Shown here: positions 42,532-52,998 of the stretch, one piece after another | How positions within the stretch are numbered: the first letter of the stretch is position 1 | Layout of the letters: the number at the start of each line of letters is the position of its first letter | Source of the DNA: Desulfatiglandales bacterium | GTDB taxonomy: Bacteria; Desulfobacterota; DSM-4660; Desulfatiglandales; Desulfatiglandaceae | Assembly (NCBI GenBank): GCA_963662465.1 | Contig: OY759599.1 | Location: 8,032,001 to 8,096,000, forward strand | Length of the DNA stretch: 64,000 nt | Reading direction: 5' to 3' | Made by a program: the position numbers and the translations under genes | The notes under the pieces: generated by a model | Databases searched by the model: none | What the model was told of the DNA's origin: nothing | What the model saw: the letters and a program-made list of their open reading frames with translations, nothing else

Positions 42532-44397
42532 TTATTCCGCAATCCTCACAATGGCCCCCTTGGGGCAGACTTGCAGGCATACGCCGCATTGAACGCACAG
42601 GGCCTGGTTGATATTGGTTCGGCCCAGGTGTTCGTCATGGTAGAGGGCCGGGCATTCAAACCGGTCCAGGCAGAAATTGCATTCTGTGCAGTCATCGGTG
42701 ATGGCGACCGGTATGCGCTCCGGAATCGCTTCTCCCCGGTAAGCAATGACGCAGGGATGGCGGGCGATGATGACCGCAATACCGCCCTCGGGGGACTCCG
42801 TATATTGGGCGGCTTTTTTTATGAGCTTGCCCATGCTTACGGTGTCATAGGGATCCACTGCTTCGATGAAATCGATGCCGCATCCCTTGACCACCCGTTC
42901 CAGGGGAATGGCTTTTCCTTTGCTGCCGTCAGCGCGGATGCCGATGCCGGGGGTGGGCTGCATGCCGGTCATGGCGGTGATAAGGTTGTCTAGGATGACC
43001 AGGATGAACCGGGCGTCATTGTACACGGCGTTGATAAGCCCCGCCGTGCCAGAGTGATAAAAGGTGGAATCCCCGATGGTGGCCACCACCGGTTGTTCCA
43101 CCCCGTCCTGCTTGTAGGCATGGTAAAAGCCCGAGGCCATGGTGATGGCGGCCCCCATGTCCAGCACCGTATCCACGGCGCCCAGGTTGAGTCCCAGGGT
43201 ATAGCACCCGATGTCCGAGGTGAAGATGGCCTTGGGCCGGGCCTTTCGAATGGCAAAAAAGGAGGCCCGGTGGGGACACCCCGCGCAGAGGGTCGGTTTT
43301 CGAATGGGCAAATCCAGGCTTTGGACCAGTTGTAAAACCCCGTAATCTTCTTTTGGAACGAAGGGTTCTATGTTCAGTTCTTCAAGGACCCGGGCTGTGA
43401 CATCAAAAATCACCTGGGGCAGCAGTTCTCCCTGAGAGGGTACATGACCCGAAATGCGGCCGAGTACTTTCCGGTGGTCCCCCAGCAGATATTCGATGAG
43501 GGTGTCGGTTTCTTCCAGCACCAGTACTTTTTCGCAGGCCGCCATGAACGCATCGGTCAGGCCCTTGGGAAGAGGGTAGGGGGCGCCCAGTTTCAACAGG
43601 GGAATGTCGTTTCTCTTCTCATCGGATAAAATGTCCCGGATGGCGGCGAAGGGCACGCCGCCGGCGATGATGCCCAGGGGGTATGTTTTTCCGGATTCCA
43701 GGTTGTGATAATTGATGGCGGAAAGGGTGGAAAATCGTTCCCCAATGGCCTCGAGCTTTTTATTCAGTTCCCCATGGAGAATGAACCGGAATCGGGGGGT
43801 CGCGGCCCAGCGGCCCGGATCTTTTTCAAAAGAGGCCTTGCGCGTGTTATTCGCCAACGTGTCCCATGTGAGGTTTTGCCGGGCGTGACAAACACGAATC
43901 GCCGGTCTTAAGATAAAAGGGATGCGGAATTCCTCCGAGAGCTCCATGGCAAGGCCTGCCATGAGCCTGGCCTCCTCGGGTGTTGCCGGATCCAGGATCG
44001 GAATTTTGGCGAGCCGTGCCATGAACCGGGTGTCCTGCTCGGTCTGGGAGGAATGGGGCCCCGGATCATCGCAGGAGATAATGACCAACCCTCCCACGGT
44101 TCCCATGTAAACCGCGCTCATGAGCGTGTCGGCGGCCACGTTGAGCCCCACCTGTTTCATGCAGCATGCGGCTCTTTTGCCGGAAATGGCCGCTGCAAAG
44201 GCATTGTCCAAAGCTACCTTTTCGTTGGTGGACCATTCCACGTAAGTGTTCAGTCCTTCCGATTTCACCAGACGGATCACTTCGGGCAGTATCTCGGAAC
44301 TGGGCGTGCCTGGATAGGAGGTCATCACCTGACACCCTGCCTCCATCAATCCCAGTGCAATGGCGCCGTTTCCTAAAAAAATCTCCTGTTTCTTCAT
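42532..44397 (-). CDS. iorA: Indolepyruvate:ferredoxin oxidoreductase alpha subunit
   Basis: YPGTPSSE, NEKVA, MKQVGLNVA, DPGPHSSQ, CAGCPH, DIGC, GDSTF, C-terminal 2[4Fe-4S] motifs. Confidence 0.95.
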   Translation of the reverse strand: MKKQEIFLGNGAIALGLMEAGCQVMTSYPGTPSSEILPEVIRLVKSEGLNTYVEWSTNEKVALDNAFAAAISGKRAACCMKQVGLNVAADTLMSAVYMGTVGGLVIISCDDPGPHSSQTEQDTRFMARLAKIPILDPATPEEARLMAGLAMELSEEFRIPFILRPAIRVCHARQNLTWDTLANNTRKASFEKDPGRWAATPRFRFILHGELNKKLEAIGERFSTLSAINYHNLESGKTYPLGIIAGGVPFAAIRDILSDEKRNDIPLLKLGAPYPLPKGLTDAFMAACEKVLVLEETDTLIEYLLGDHRKVLGRISGHVPSQGELLPQVIFDVTARVLEELNIEPFVPKEDYGVLQLVQSLDLPIRKPTLCAGCPHRASFFAIRKARPKAIFTSDIGCYTLGLNLGAVDTVLDMGAAITMASGFYHAYKQDGVEQPVVATIGDSTFYHSGTAGLINAVYNDARFILVILDNLITAMTGMQPTPGIGIRADGSKGKAIPLERVVKGCGIDFIEAVDPYDTVSMGKLIKKAAQYTESPEGGIAVIIARHPCVIAYRGEAIPERIPVAITDDCTECNFCLDRFECPALYHDEHLGRTNINQALCVQCGVCLQVCPKGAIVRIAE

Positions 44398-44423
44398 GTC
44401 AACTCCTCATTTTGTCTGTTCAA

Positions 44424-45740
44424 TCAAAAATTGTATAAATTGTCCAAAGCCGGGGTCAGGGGCAACAGCAGGCCCCCCAGGGGGAATATGTTTGCCGTGG
44501 CGTTGGGTTTTCTTTTCTGTTCTTCGCTGATGGCGGCTGCCAGGGTGGGGGCATAATGAAAGCCCAGCCGGTTTACGGCGGTTTCGTCCAGATCTTCGCT
44601 GACGATGGTGATGCGGGTGCGGGAAGCGCAGACCAAAGCAAAGAAAATGGCGCAGTTGAAGTCGATGGCCCCTTCGGCCATGGGTTTGGCCGATTTGAAG
44701 GCGTTTACCGCATAGCGGCCCGGATGTTCCGGGTGGGTTTCGAAAATTTTATCAAATGAACGCAGCATGGGTTCGGGTATGCCGCCCGGGCATCGGGCCA
44801 GAACAATGACGGCGCCTCCGGGTTGGGTGGTCATGAGGGAAGCGGGAATGATGGGTTTTATGATCTGGGGGCCTTCATCGTAGGGATCGGCTGAAACAAG
44901 GGTCACATCCGCGGGTGTTTTCATGTGAAAAGCATAGTTTCGTTTGCTTTTTTCGATGCCCGCAAGGTGGGCTTTTCTGAAATCACCGGCTACCACGTCA
45001 ACGACCCGTTCGCGGGCGTCAAAGACGCCATTGACGATAAAGTTTAACCCCGCCGCTTCTGCCATGCGGCAGACTTCGTGATGGAAGGGGTTTTGCTCGG
45101 TATGCCCCAGAATGCATCCCGGCGCCGGCGTATAATGAAAATGGTGTTCGCTGATGGACTTGAAATCGGCGACCCCGGGAAACAAAATTTTGGCGCCGCC
45201 CCCAAATCCGTTCATGGGGTGGGGAAAGATGCTTCCGATACCGATTTTAAGTTGAGCCCGGGCCACAACCGGGTCAATGGCGACTTCACATCCCGTGGAA
45301 AGCTTTCCAATGGACACCAGGTTGTCGGCATGACAGTCATGCTGCACCACCCGGTATTTTCGAAGAACGGTCTTTCCGATCTTGGCTTCAAGCTCTTTTT
45401 CCGAGGCAAAGCGATGGGTCCCCAGGGCCACCACGATGGTGATGTTTTCCCGTCTGACCCCGGCTTCCAGAAGGGCATCGAGAATGGGGGGGAGCATTTT
45501 GTCAACCGGTGTCGTGCGGGCCGGATCATCCACCAGAATCGCCACTTCCGCATCTTTTTCCACCATCTCGCAAAGGGTGGGGGACCCTACGGGTGTGTTC
45601 AGAGCGTTTTTTACCAGATCTTCGATGGATGTCGTCGGTGTTTCCTCCGTGATATTGGGATGTTCCAATATCGTCCATGCCGGCGGCAGGGTAAATGCTT
45701 TCTTTTTTTCACCATAATAGAGGAAATAATTTTCTTGCAC
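44424..45740 (-). CDS. larA: Nickel-pincer lactate racemase (LarA) family protein
   Basis: VDDPARTTP, ALGTHR, QHD, PHPMNGFGGGAKILFPG. Confidence 0.88.
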   Translation of the reverse strand: MQENYFLYYGEKKKAFTLPPAWTILEHPNITEETPTTSIEDLVKNALNTPVGSPTLCEMVEKDAEVAILVDDPARTTPVDKMLPPILDALLEAGVRRENITIVVALGTHRFASEKELEAKIGKTVLRKYRVVQHDCHADNLVSIGKLSTGCEVAIDPVVARAQLKIGIGSIFPHPMNGFGGGAKILFPGVADFKSISEHHFHYTPAPGCILGHTEQNPFHHEVCRMAEAAGLNFIVNGVFDARERVVDVVAGDFRKAHLAGIEKSKRNYAFHMKTPADVTLVSADPYDEGPQIIKPIIPASLMTTQPGGAVIVLARCPGGIPEPMLRSFDKIFETHPEHPGRYAVNAFKSAKPMAEGAIDFNCAIFFALVCASRTRITIVSEDLDETAVNRLGFHYAPTLAAAISEEQKRKPNATANIFPLGGLLLPLTPALDNLYNF

Positions 45741-46005
45741 GGGCTTCTACTCCTGACGGCTATTTTTTTGCTTACGCAAAGGCGCAAATTGAAGGTTGTA
45801 ATTTCATAAGAAGATTTCTCAGTGGTGTCAAGGCTTATTGTATTAGGAGGCCCTTCGATTTTAGTTTCTTTAATTGCCTTTTGTGTTTTCCGGCGCCAAA
45901 GTCATTCTGATTGCCATTGAAATCTCCTCATGCTATAAAAGTAACCGTTCACGGTTTACGGTTACCTAATGTCCTACAGAAGTACTGATTGATGTGGGAG
46001 GGGTT

Positions 46006-46458
46006 ATGAGCAGCAAAAAGGGAACATTTACAAGGGTGGAGAAGACAACGGAGAGGATGTATGGGCCGCGAAAGCTTCTGGTGTGCGGCTATCCCGCAAA
46101 GGAACAGGATGGTCTTGCGGCATGTCTAAAGGAAACGGCGCTGAATGATCTTCCTCTGGTATTTATTGGCGAAAATGAGGGCGAGCAGTGCATCAACGAG
46201 ATTCTGATGTGTGATGATGGGCACGGCGCCGGAGAAGATTCCCGTCTCGGCAGAGCCGTAATCATGTCGGGATTAACCCAGGAAGAGCTGCACCGTCTTA
46301 TAAAAGGTTACAGGGAAAGCGGGATGCCGAGCCAGCTATGGGCCACTGTTACCCCGATTTCCGAAGGATGGCGGGTAATCGATCTTCTAAAGGAATTGGC
46401 TAAAGAAGCCGAAGCAATGAGAAGAAGAGCCTCCTCGACAGGAAAATCGATAGTTTAA
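46006..46458 (+). CDS. DUF3783 family protein
   Basis: AVIMSGL..EEL...LWATVTP...W....LLKEL motif. Confidence 0.75.
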   Translation: MSSKKGTFTRVEKTTERMYGPRKLLVCGYPAKEQDGLAACLKETALNDLPLVFIGENEGEQCINEILMCDDGHGAGEDSRLGRAVIMSGLTQEELHRLIKGYRESGMPSQLWATVTPISEGWRVIDLLKELAKEAEAMRRRASSTGKSIV

Positions 46459-46569
46459 ACATAACGGGCGTTCGTTAGATTATGTCGAGAGCCAACTGGG
46501 TCTTTGGACGCGAATCAATCTCTATTTTGCTCCAAGCGCCATGAGAAGAATCCCATGGCGTGAGAGATG

Positions 46570-47403
46570 TTATTGAACCGTAAATTCCAGGTTGTCTAGG
46601 CCGCCGGTGTAAACGGCTTTGTAGCTGCCCGGCTTGCCGGGATACATTTTGCCCAGTGAGCCCGTGATCACCACCATCCCCTTCTTGATGTCGCCGCCAT
46701 TGGCCAGCACATTGTTCAGCGCCCATGAGAGCGCCTTCCACTGGTCCCCGAGGGCTGCTCTTCCCGGAATCGCGGGACCCATGGCTTTTTCATTCATGAA
46801 CAATTGACCGGTGACCGTATTGGGATCTACTTTGTCGACGGGTTGTTCTTTCCCGAGAATATACCCTCTGGCGCCCACGTTGTCCGCAATGATGTCTGTA
46901 AAGGCAAGGCCCTTGAAGGTGGCAAAATTCAGGTCCGGCACTTCAACCGCGGGCAATATGGCGCCGACCATTTCTTTGACGTTTTGAGGGGTAGTGGGTG
47001 TTTTCATGTCCTGGTTCAGGATGTAGCCGATCTCCACCTCCAGCATCAACCTGGTGTAGGGTTTGCTCGAAACCTTTCCGTCTGCAATCCGCATATTTTC
47101 AAGCAGGACCCCTGTGACCGGTCCCGGCGCCTTGAATTTCTTCTGTGCCGGCGGGCTGGTGAGTCCGGCCTTGTAGCCGGCTATCACGGCCCCGTCCTTT
47201 ATGAGCCTTGAAACAAACCGGTTCTGGATCTCGTAGGCCTGATTGACGGTGAGACCCGGTATGGCGGATGAGGGCAGCGGGACGGGTGTACAGGCCTTAT
47301 AGTTTTCAAGCAGCACCTGGGAAACGTCTTCCCCGGCTTGAACGGTGGAAAAGAGAAAAGCGACCATAACAAGGGCTGAAACTGTCAAATGCATTTTTTT
47401 CAT
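46570..47403 (-). CDS. 2-keto-4-pentenoate hydratase/FAH-superfamily protein with N-terminal signal peptide
   Basis: AYEIQ, GYKAGLTS, EVEIG, PAVEVPD, IADN, VITGS; N-terminus MKK + hydrophobic core + VQA. Confidence 0.85.
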   Translation of the reverse strand: MKKMHLTVSALVMVAFLFSTVQAGEDVSQVLLENYKACTPVPLPSSAIPGLTVNQAYEIQNRFVSRLIKDGAVIAGYKAGLTSPPAQKKFKAPGPVTGVLLENMRIADGKVSSKPYTRLMLEVEIGYILNQDMKTPTTPQNVKEMVGAILPAVEVPDLNFATFKGLAFTDIIADNVGARGYILGKEQPVDKVDPNTVTGQLFMNEKAMGPAIPGRAALGDQWKALSWALNNVLANGGDIKKGMVVITGSLGKMYPGKPGSYKAVYTGGLDNLEFTVQ

Positions 47404-47467
47404 GGGTAATCCTCCAAATAAAAAAGGTGTTTTGTTCGGGCCTCAGCAAGAAATGCCTGCGCCTGCC

Positions 47468-49414
47468 TTATTCAAAACAAAAATCCGATTCTTCGAAGAT
47501 AAGAGAACATACGTCTACCACCTCAGGGTCATAAAATATTCCCTTTTGCCGGTTGATTTCCTCAAGGGCCACTGGAATGCCGAGGGCGGCACGGTACGGT
47601 CTGTGGGAGGCCATGGCTTCGACCACGTCCGCCACGCACAATATCCTGGCTTCCAAAAGAATTTCATCACCGGATAACCCTTGCGGATATCCGGATCCAT
47701 CCAGTCTCTCATGGTGCTGGTAAACGATTTGGGATACAGGCCAGGGGAACTCAACCTCTTTTAATATCTCGTAACCGACCCGTGGATGTTTCTTGATCAG
47801 CGCGAATTCCTCCTTGTCCAATATCCCCGGTTTACTGAGAATGGCCGCTGGAATGGCCATTTTGCCGATATCATGAATGAGGCTTGAAATGCGAATACCC
47901 TCAATTTGTTCCTCTGAAAGCCCCATTTTTTCAGCGATTGCCTGCGCCAGCACGGATACCCGCCGCTGATGTCCGGCCGTGTAAGGGTCCTTTCTTTCCA
48001 CAATTAGGGCGATGGCTTGAATGGTGCCGTTTAATATCCGATTCAGCTTTCTGACGCTGTCATCCAGATCCGCCTTGGCCCTTTCCTTCTTCGCGATTTC
48101 CTGTTGAGCGATCTGATAAAGCTTTGCATTTTCAATGGCCGTGGCGGCGGATGCCGCCAACCACTCCAGAAGCGTCTGATGGTTGATATCGAACCTTCCC
48201 GGCGCCGTGTCCACCACCTGTACGACGCCGATGAGGTTTCCCCTGGCGATCAATGGCACGCTGAGGATGGATCGGGTCTCCAGACCTGTTGAGCCATCGA
48301 CCCCTTTGAAATGGCGAAAATCGATGCGTGTGTCCGAGACATTCAAGAGTTTACCGTGGTGGGCAACCCAACCTGCCAGCCCTTGCCTGGGTTCCAGACA
48401 CCATCCATTGAGGACATCGGCGCAAAGCCCGGCGGCCTGCCGACATACCAGTTTTTCAGTCTCCGGTTCCAGAAGCCAGATCGTGCTGCCCAGTACGTCC
48501 ATCAGGCGGCGCAATTCCTCCAGGACCGTAACGAGTACGCGGTCCAGATCAAGGCTGGAGTTAAATGTGCGACCGGCCATGTTCAGGAGTTCAAGTTCAT
48601 GGTTGCGTCTCTTGAGGGATGCCTCGGCTTGCTTCTGCAGGGTGACGTCATTTAGAATCAGTACCGATGAAGATCCATTTTCGTTGATGGGCAGGGCCTT
48701 GATCATCAAATGGTATGAGTTCATGTATACGAGAATATCTTCGGTGCTGTTTTTTGCGTTCTCACCAATGGCGGCAATAAGTTCTGAAACCGGCCGTTGG
48801 TAATTCGTCGGGAATATCTCTAAAACAGGTGATGCAAGGAGTTTTTCTTCAGGAAGATCAATGATGACAATGGCGGCGGGGTTGGCGTAGACAACCCGGC
48901 CGTCTTCTGAAATTTCGAGGATGCCCTCGGTCATCCTTTCAAATATAATCTCAAAGTGTTTTTTGAGGGAAAATAATTCACTGGTGATTGATTTTGAAGA
49001 TACACATTCTCTTTTCAGCGTCTTTTGGTCTGAAGATATTGCCGGGGTCGCGGGTCGTCGATGGTTGACGACGCAAAGCACATTCCGCTTCATTTCTTCA
49101 AAAGCGCCCTTTGGAATACATTGGTCTACTCCCAATGCTTTCAGGTCAGCTGGTTCTTCAAGGGTAGCGGAGAGGACAATGAGATAGACTTTTTCCAGCT
49201 TTCGCATCCCCCTGATAATTTTGCAGAGCCGCTTTCCGTCAATATTGGGCATAATCAAGTCGACAATGATAATGTCGGGGGTATGCTGTTCCAGGACATC
49301 AACGGCGTAAAGCCCATCTTTTGCGGTGAGAACCTCATGGCCTTCATTTGAAAGGATATCTTTCAGGAATTCAAGGATGAACGGGTCGTTGTCCACCGCC
49401 AGTATTTTGCTCAT
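47468..49414 (-). CDS. REC-PAS-GAF-HD-GYP cyclic-dinucleotide phosphodiesterase
   Basis: DPYTAGH, HDIGK, HHERLDGSGYP, HRPYR. Confidence 0.94.
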   Translation of the reverse strand: MSKILAVDNDPFILEFLKDILSNEGHEVLTAKDGLYAVDVLEQHTPDIIIVDLIMPNIDGKRLCKIIRGMRKLEKVYLIVLSATLEEPADLKALGVDQCIPKGAFEEMKRNVLCVVNHRRPATPAISSDQKTLKRECVSSKSITSELFSLKKHFEIIFERMTEGILEISEDGRVVYANPAAIVIIDLPEEKLLASPVLEIFPTNYQRPVSELIAAIGENAKNSTEDILVYMNSYHLMIKALPINENGSSSVLILNDVTLQKQAEASLKRRNHELELLNMAGRTFNSSLDLDRVLVTVLEELRRLMDVLGSTIWLLEPETEKLVCRQAAGLCADVLNGWCLEPRQGLAGWVAHHGKLLNVSDTRIDFRHFKGVDGSTGLETRSILSVPLIARGNLIGVVQVVDTAPGRFDINHQTLLEWLAASAATAIENAKLYQIAQQEIAKKERAKADLDDSVRKLNRILNGTIQAIALIVERKDPYTAGHQRRVSVLAQAIAEKMGLSEEQIEGIRISSLIHDIGKMAIPAAILSKPGILDKEEFALIKKHPRVGYEILKEVEFPWPVSQIVYQHHERLDGSGYPQGLSGDEILLEARILCVADVVEAMASHRPYRAALGIPVALEEINRQKGIFYDPEVVDVCSLIFEESDFCFE

Positions 49415-49764
49415 TGCTTTCCCCTGTTTTTCCTTGATAAAGCCGCATGTGTATCTCAATGACCATACTTTAAATAAATATTTTATATTTATCTTGTTGC
49501 TTGGATCAAGTAAAATCTTCCAGAGTCGTTATGAAAAGGGAAATGTCCGGTTTTCCTTTTTTTTCCAAATGTGCCCGACAATTATCTCCCGTCATGTTGC
49601 CCGTTTGAGAAAACACACCGGAAACCATAGCCTACGGATTGTATTTGTGCTTCAAGGCTGCATAAAGAAAGTCGGCTATTGACTTTTTTTCGGGAGTGGT
49701 TACCTTATGGTCGTTGTTGATAAGGGGTTTTATCCTGGTATTCAAAAACGTAAAAAACAACATA

Positions 49765-50118
49765 GGGGGCGAAACGGTTTCGACGGGGATAACTGAAGCT
49801 TAGATTGCATACCGAGGTTCCGACTGCTCGTTAAACGGTTGGGCGAAACACAAACGCAGACGATTACGCGTATGCTCTAGCCGCATAAATGGCTAGCGTC
49901 TTACCGGTCTTTGCCTGCGAGACCGGATAAGGCGTCGACTAGTAGGCTAGCCGATCCCTTCTACCTGTGAAACGGTGAGGCGAAAATAAATACAGGTTAG
50001 TCTTTGGCCGGCTTGCTCAGTTGCGACCCCAAAGGCGAAGTTTAGATACTGGGCTATGTATGTAGAGATCTGAGTGGAATATTTTCGGACGCGGGTTCGA
50101 CTCCCGCCGCCTCCACCA
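49765..50118 (+). ncRNA. ssrA: tmRNA
   Basis: GGGGGCG/CGCCTCC-ACCA acceptor stem with G3.U, T-arm GGGTTCGACTCCC, tag ORF 49856-49888 (A)ADDYAYALAA*. Confidence 0.98.
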
Positions 50119-50205
50119 ATAATATTTCAAGCAATATCAATAGGTTGAGTCAATAAGGCAACCCCGAAATAGGCGATTGTGCCCAAAATTGTGCCTATTT
50201 TGTGT

Positions 50206-51510
50206 CTAAATCGGTTGTCTTTTTTCATTGGCGGCCTCCATATACTGTCTCTCAAAGGCGGAACCGTCTTGCCTTGTGAGGTTGGGGATATAGCGGCCAT
50301 ACGTTCTGTAGACCATGGAAGTGTCGACGTGCCCCAGGGTTCTGGCTACCCACTCCGGTGTTTCACCGGCCGCCAGCGCCCAGGATGCAAAGGTGTGTCG
50401 GGTTTCATACATACGTCGGTATCTAATGTCCGTTTTCTTCAAAACCCTTGCCCATACTTCCCTGAGCTTATCCTGGAGGATCGGCCTTCCCTCCGTATTT
50501 ACGAACACATACGGGCTATCAAGGTAATGATTTAGTGCCCTTTGCTGCTTCAAACATTTCTTAATGCTCGGCCTGATTTTGATACTCCGTCTGCTTTCTT
50601 CGGTCTTAAGGTCAGACTTTTCTCTGTTGCGCACCCTGCTTAACTCAATATGGATATACTCATTATCAATTGCTTTCCATTTGAGTGCAACCTGCTCAGA
50701 AGGCCTGAGGCCTGTTTGAATCGCGAAATCGAAGTAGGGTTTGTACCAGGGCAGCATGATTTTCATGACCGTTTCCCACTCCTCAAAGCTGAAGGGAAAT
50801 ATCCTGATTTTCCTCACTTTCGGGAGCTTGAGCCTTGAAAATGGATCCGGAAGATCGGTCCAGCCGTATTCATCTATCGCATCTCTTACGATTATCCGCA
50901 ACGGGATCATGACATTCTGAATTGTCTTTCCCGAAATGGGCTGTCCGTACCGGTTTTTCTTGCTCTTGAGATTCGCGACAAATTTTTTCATCCCAACCTT
51001 CGAGCAGATCTCCTTAAAAGATGTATCTTTAAAGTAGGGGAGATGGTGCATTTTGAGAATGGTGGTGTAGTCTTTGACTTGACTGAAATTCATCCCTGGT
51101 TCCATTTCATCCCACCACTTCTTTACATATTCCCCAAATAGCACCTCATCAGGGTCCTTTACGACGTTCTTTCCTTCCAGTATGGCAAAATACGCTTTCT
51201 TTTTGCTGCAAGGAAACCTTTCCGAAAATTCAAATACACCATTTTCAATTTCGGCTACTACGAGATCAAGCTGCTTACGAACGATATTTCGATTGGATGA
51301 GGTGTCTTTCAGACCGGACGGTTCGCGTACACGTTCATCCAGATACCGGAAATCCACCCACAATTTTCCACTACGGCTATAAACCCTTCCTTTTTTTCCC
51401 GCATTTAGCAGACTACGCTTTCTCTTTTTCTCTTCATCCGTGCGGTAACGGGATATTTCGATGACTTTTAATCTTTCCACAAAAAGCCCCCTTTCCGCTT
51501 CTTCAACCAC
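50206..51510 (-). CDS. Tyrosine integrase with N-terminal arm-binding domain
   Basis: TGLRPSE, YETRHTFAS, LGH, YRTY; N-terminal LWVDFRY...VRE. Confidence 0.95.
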   Translation of the reverse strand: MVEEAERGLFVERLKVIEISRYRTDEEKKRKRSLLNAGKKGRVYSRSGKLWVDFRYLDERVREPSGLKDTSSNRNIVRKQLDLVVAEIENGVFEFSERFPCSKKKAYFAILEGKNVVKDPDEVLFGEYVKKWWDEMEPGMNFSQVKDYTTILKMHHLPYFKDTSFKEICSKVGMKKFVANLKSKKNRYGQPISGKTIQNVMIPLRIIVRDAIDEYGWTDLPDPFSRLKLPKVRKIRIFPFSFEEWETVMKIMLPWYKPYFDFAIQTGLRPSEQVALKWKAIDNEYIHIELSRVRNREKSDLKTEESRRSIKIRPSIKKCLKQQRALNHYLDSPYVFVNTEGRPILQDKLREVWARVLKKTDIRYRRMYETRHTFASWALAAGETPEWVARTLGHVDTSMVYRTYGRYIPNLTRQDGSAFERQYMEAANEKRQPI

Positions 51511-51580
51511 CTCCTTTCTGTCCGGATATCACCATAACATGGCTAACACGAACCGGAAGAGGAGGTCAATAGAATAGAGG

Positions 51581-51808
51581 TCATATGTTTATCAAACCCT
51601 TTGGGCGATTGTCTGATCGAGGGTAACCACCGGAATTGCGGTGCAACCATTGTTGAACTTCGCTCCATACAAAAAGAAGTTTTCTGGATGTAGGCTTAAG
51701 ATAATGGACATTCTTTTTGAGTTCATTTTTCCAAACGAGATTCCGGATGGTACCGGGTGCCATCTTTATACGTTCGCTGAGTTCGACTGTGGTAAGATAC
51801 TCTTCCAT
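51581..51808 (-). CDS. Excisionase/AlpA-like HTH protein
   Basis: YLTTVELSERIKMAPGTIRN...LLFVWSEVQQWL; upstream of the integrase. Confidence 0.85.
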   Translation of the reverse strand: MEEYLTTVELSERIKMAPGTIRNLVWKNELKKNVHYLKPTSRKLLFVWSEVQQWLHRNSGGYPRSDNRPKGLINI

Positions 51809-51820
51809 TCCGATGCCTTT

Positions 51821-52897
51821 CTATGAAGAACTGTGTTTACGACCATTAGATTGGATCAGTGCCCGAGGATCTTCCTCAGAAGAAATCTGCTTTTTGCTAT
51901 CCTTCCATTGCCTAACTGAACAGAATACTTCACAAAAAGGCTCTATGGCTGCACTGCTACAACCATACCCTGAATATGAACTTTTAAAGGCATATGATGT
52001 CTGGGCCAAGATCTCCGACTCATGGATGACCTCTTTTCCATTGATAGGTCTGTTCTTCAATGCCCATGTCTTAAGCGCCGCTACTGCCATATCGTAGGGC
52101 AGACCCAGTCTCTTTAGATGTACTGCAAGCCTAAAACACCCAACCCTCTGGTATTGGGAAACGCCGTCCTTAAGAATCCTGACCGCACAAGGCGGAAGAG
52201 CGAATGTGCCCTCACCGGTCTTTTGTGAGGAGTGCTCCGAAGACAAGACCTCTTTTTTGGCCGATAGCTCGTTGAGCTCAATTACCTCATCCAGAACCCG
52301 TTCACTGGATCGCTCTACCGATTCAAGAAAGCTCCACTGGTCAGGGTATGGGCTAAACTCTGCGGGTTCTACAAAAGCGGTTTTCCCTTGGAGGACGAGC
52401 GGGCCGAACAAAGGGGCATTAATGAAATTGCCGTAGCGCATATCACCGCCCAGTTTGTCCTGCTTGGGGAATATCTCTGTTTGGGGCAGTTCGATTTCTT
52501 CGAGAATATGTTGCGCTACCATCCGTGCTTTGAGTGCCTGAACTCCATTTTCATCAAAAAAGATCCATACATGGTAGCCTTTCGATTTGCTGGCCTCGAC
52601 ATAGGCGGAAAGCCCATAATGCTTCGCCCTGCCGACAAATTCCGATGGTGCGGTACGGTCTTTTGTATCAAAATCAACGGCGATGGCTCGGGTTCGATCC
52701 TTGACCAGGAGGTACACTCCGTACGGTTGTTTCCCGGTAAGATGGGCCAGAAGCACCTCGTTCGTAACCGGTTCTTTCACCTGTCTTGCCCGGGCGGTTT
52801 TGAGATCATATGTTCCGTAGACGTTGCTAAGCCCGGAAAAACACGATCTGAAAATCGCCACCTTTTCTGTGTTCGTCCTTTTGCTGGTTGTGTCCAT
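51821..52897 (-). CDS. Archaeo-eukaryotic primase (AEP) with Cys-rich PriL-like C-terminal domain
   Basis: AVDFD (DxD), SKSKGYHVW, GNFINAP; C-terminal LPPC...GC....FC...C. Confidence 0.85.
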   Translation of the reverse strand: MDTTSKRTNTEKVAIFRSCFSGLSNVYGTYDLKTARARQVKEPVTNEVLLAHLTGKQPYGVYLLVKDRTRAIAVDFDTKDRTAPSEFVGRAKHYGLSAYVEASKSKGYHVWIFFDENGVQALKARMVAQHILEEIELPQTEIFPKQDKLGGDMRYGNFINAPLFGPLVLQGKTAFVEPAEFSPYPDQWSFLESVERSSERVLDEVIELNELSAKKEVLSSEHSSQKTGEGTFALPPCAVRILKDGVSQYQRVGCFRLAVHLKRLGLPYDMAVAALKTWALKNRPINGKEVIHESEILAQTSYAFKSSYSGYGCSSAAIEPFCEVFCSVRQWKDSKKQISSEEDPRALIQSNGRKHSSS

Positions 52898-52998
52898 TTT
52901 CTCCTCCGCTCAGTGAAAAGGCCTGAACGAACCTCCCTAACAGGAAGGTTCAAAGCTTTCACCACATTAAGCGGATGAAAAAAGGGATGCATTTCACC

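Noticed and set aside
49679..49706. sigma70 promoter for ssrA (TTGACT-16-TACCTT)
   Set aside because: Plausible, but the weak -10 and short spacer leave it insufficiently supported.
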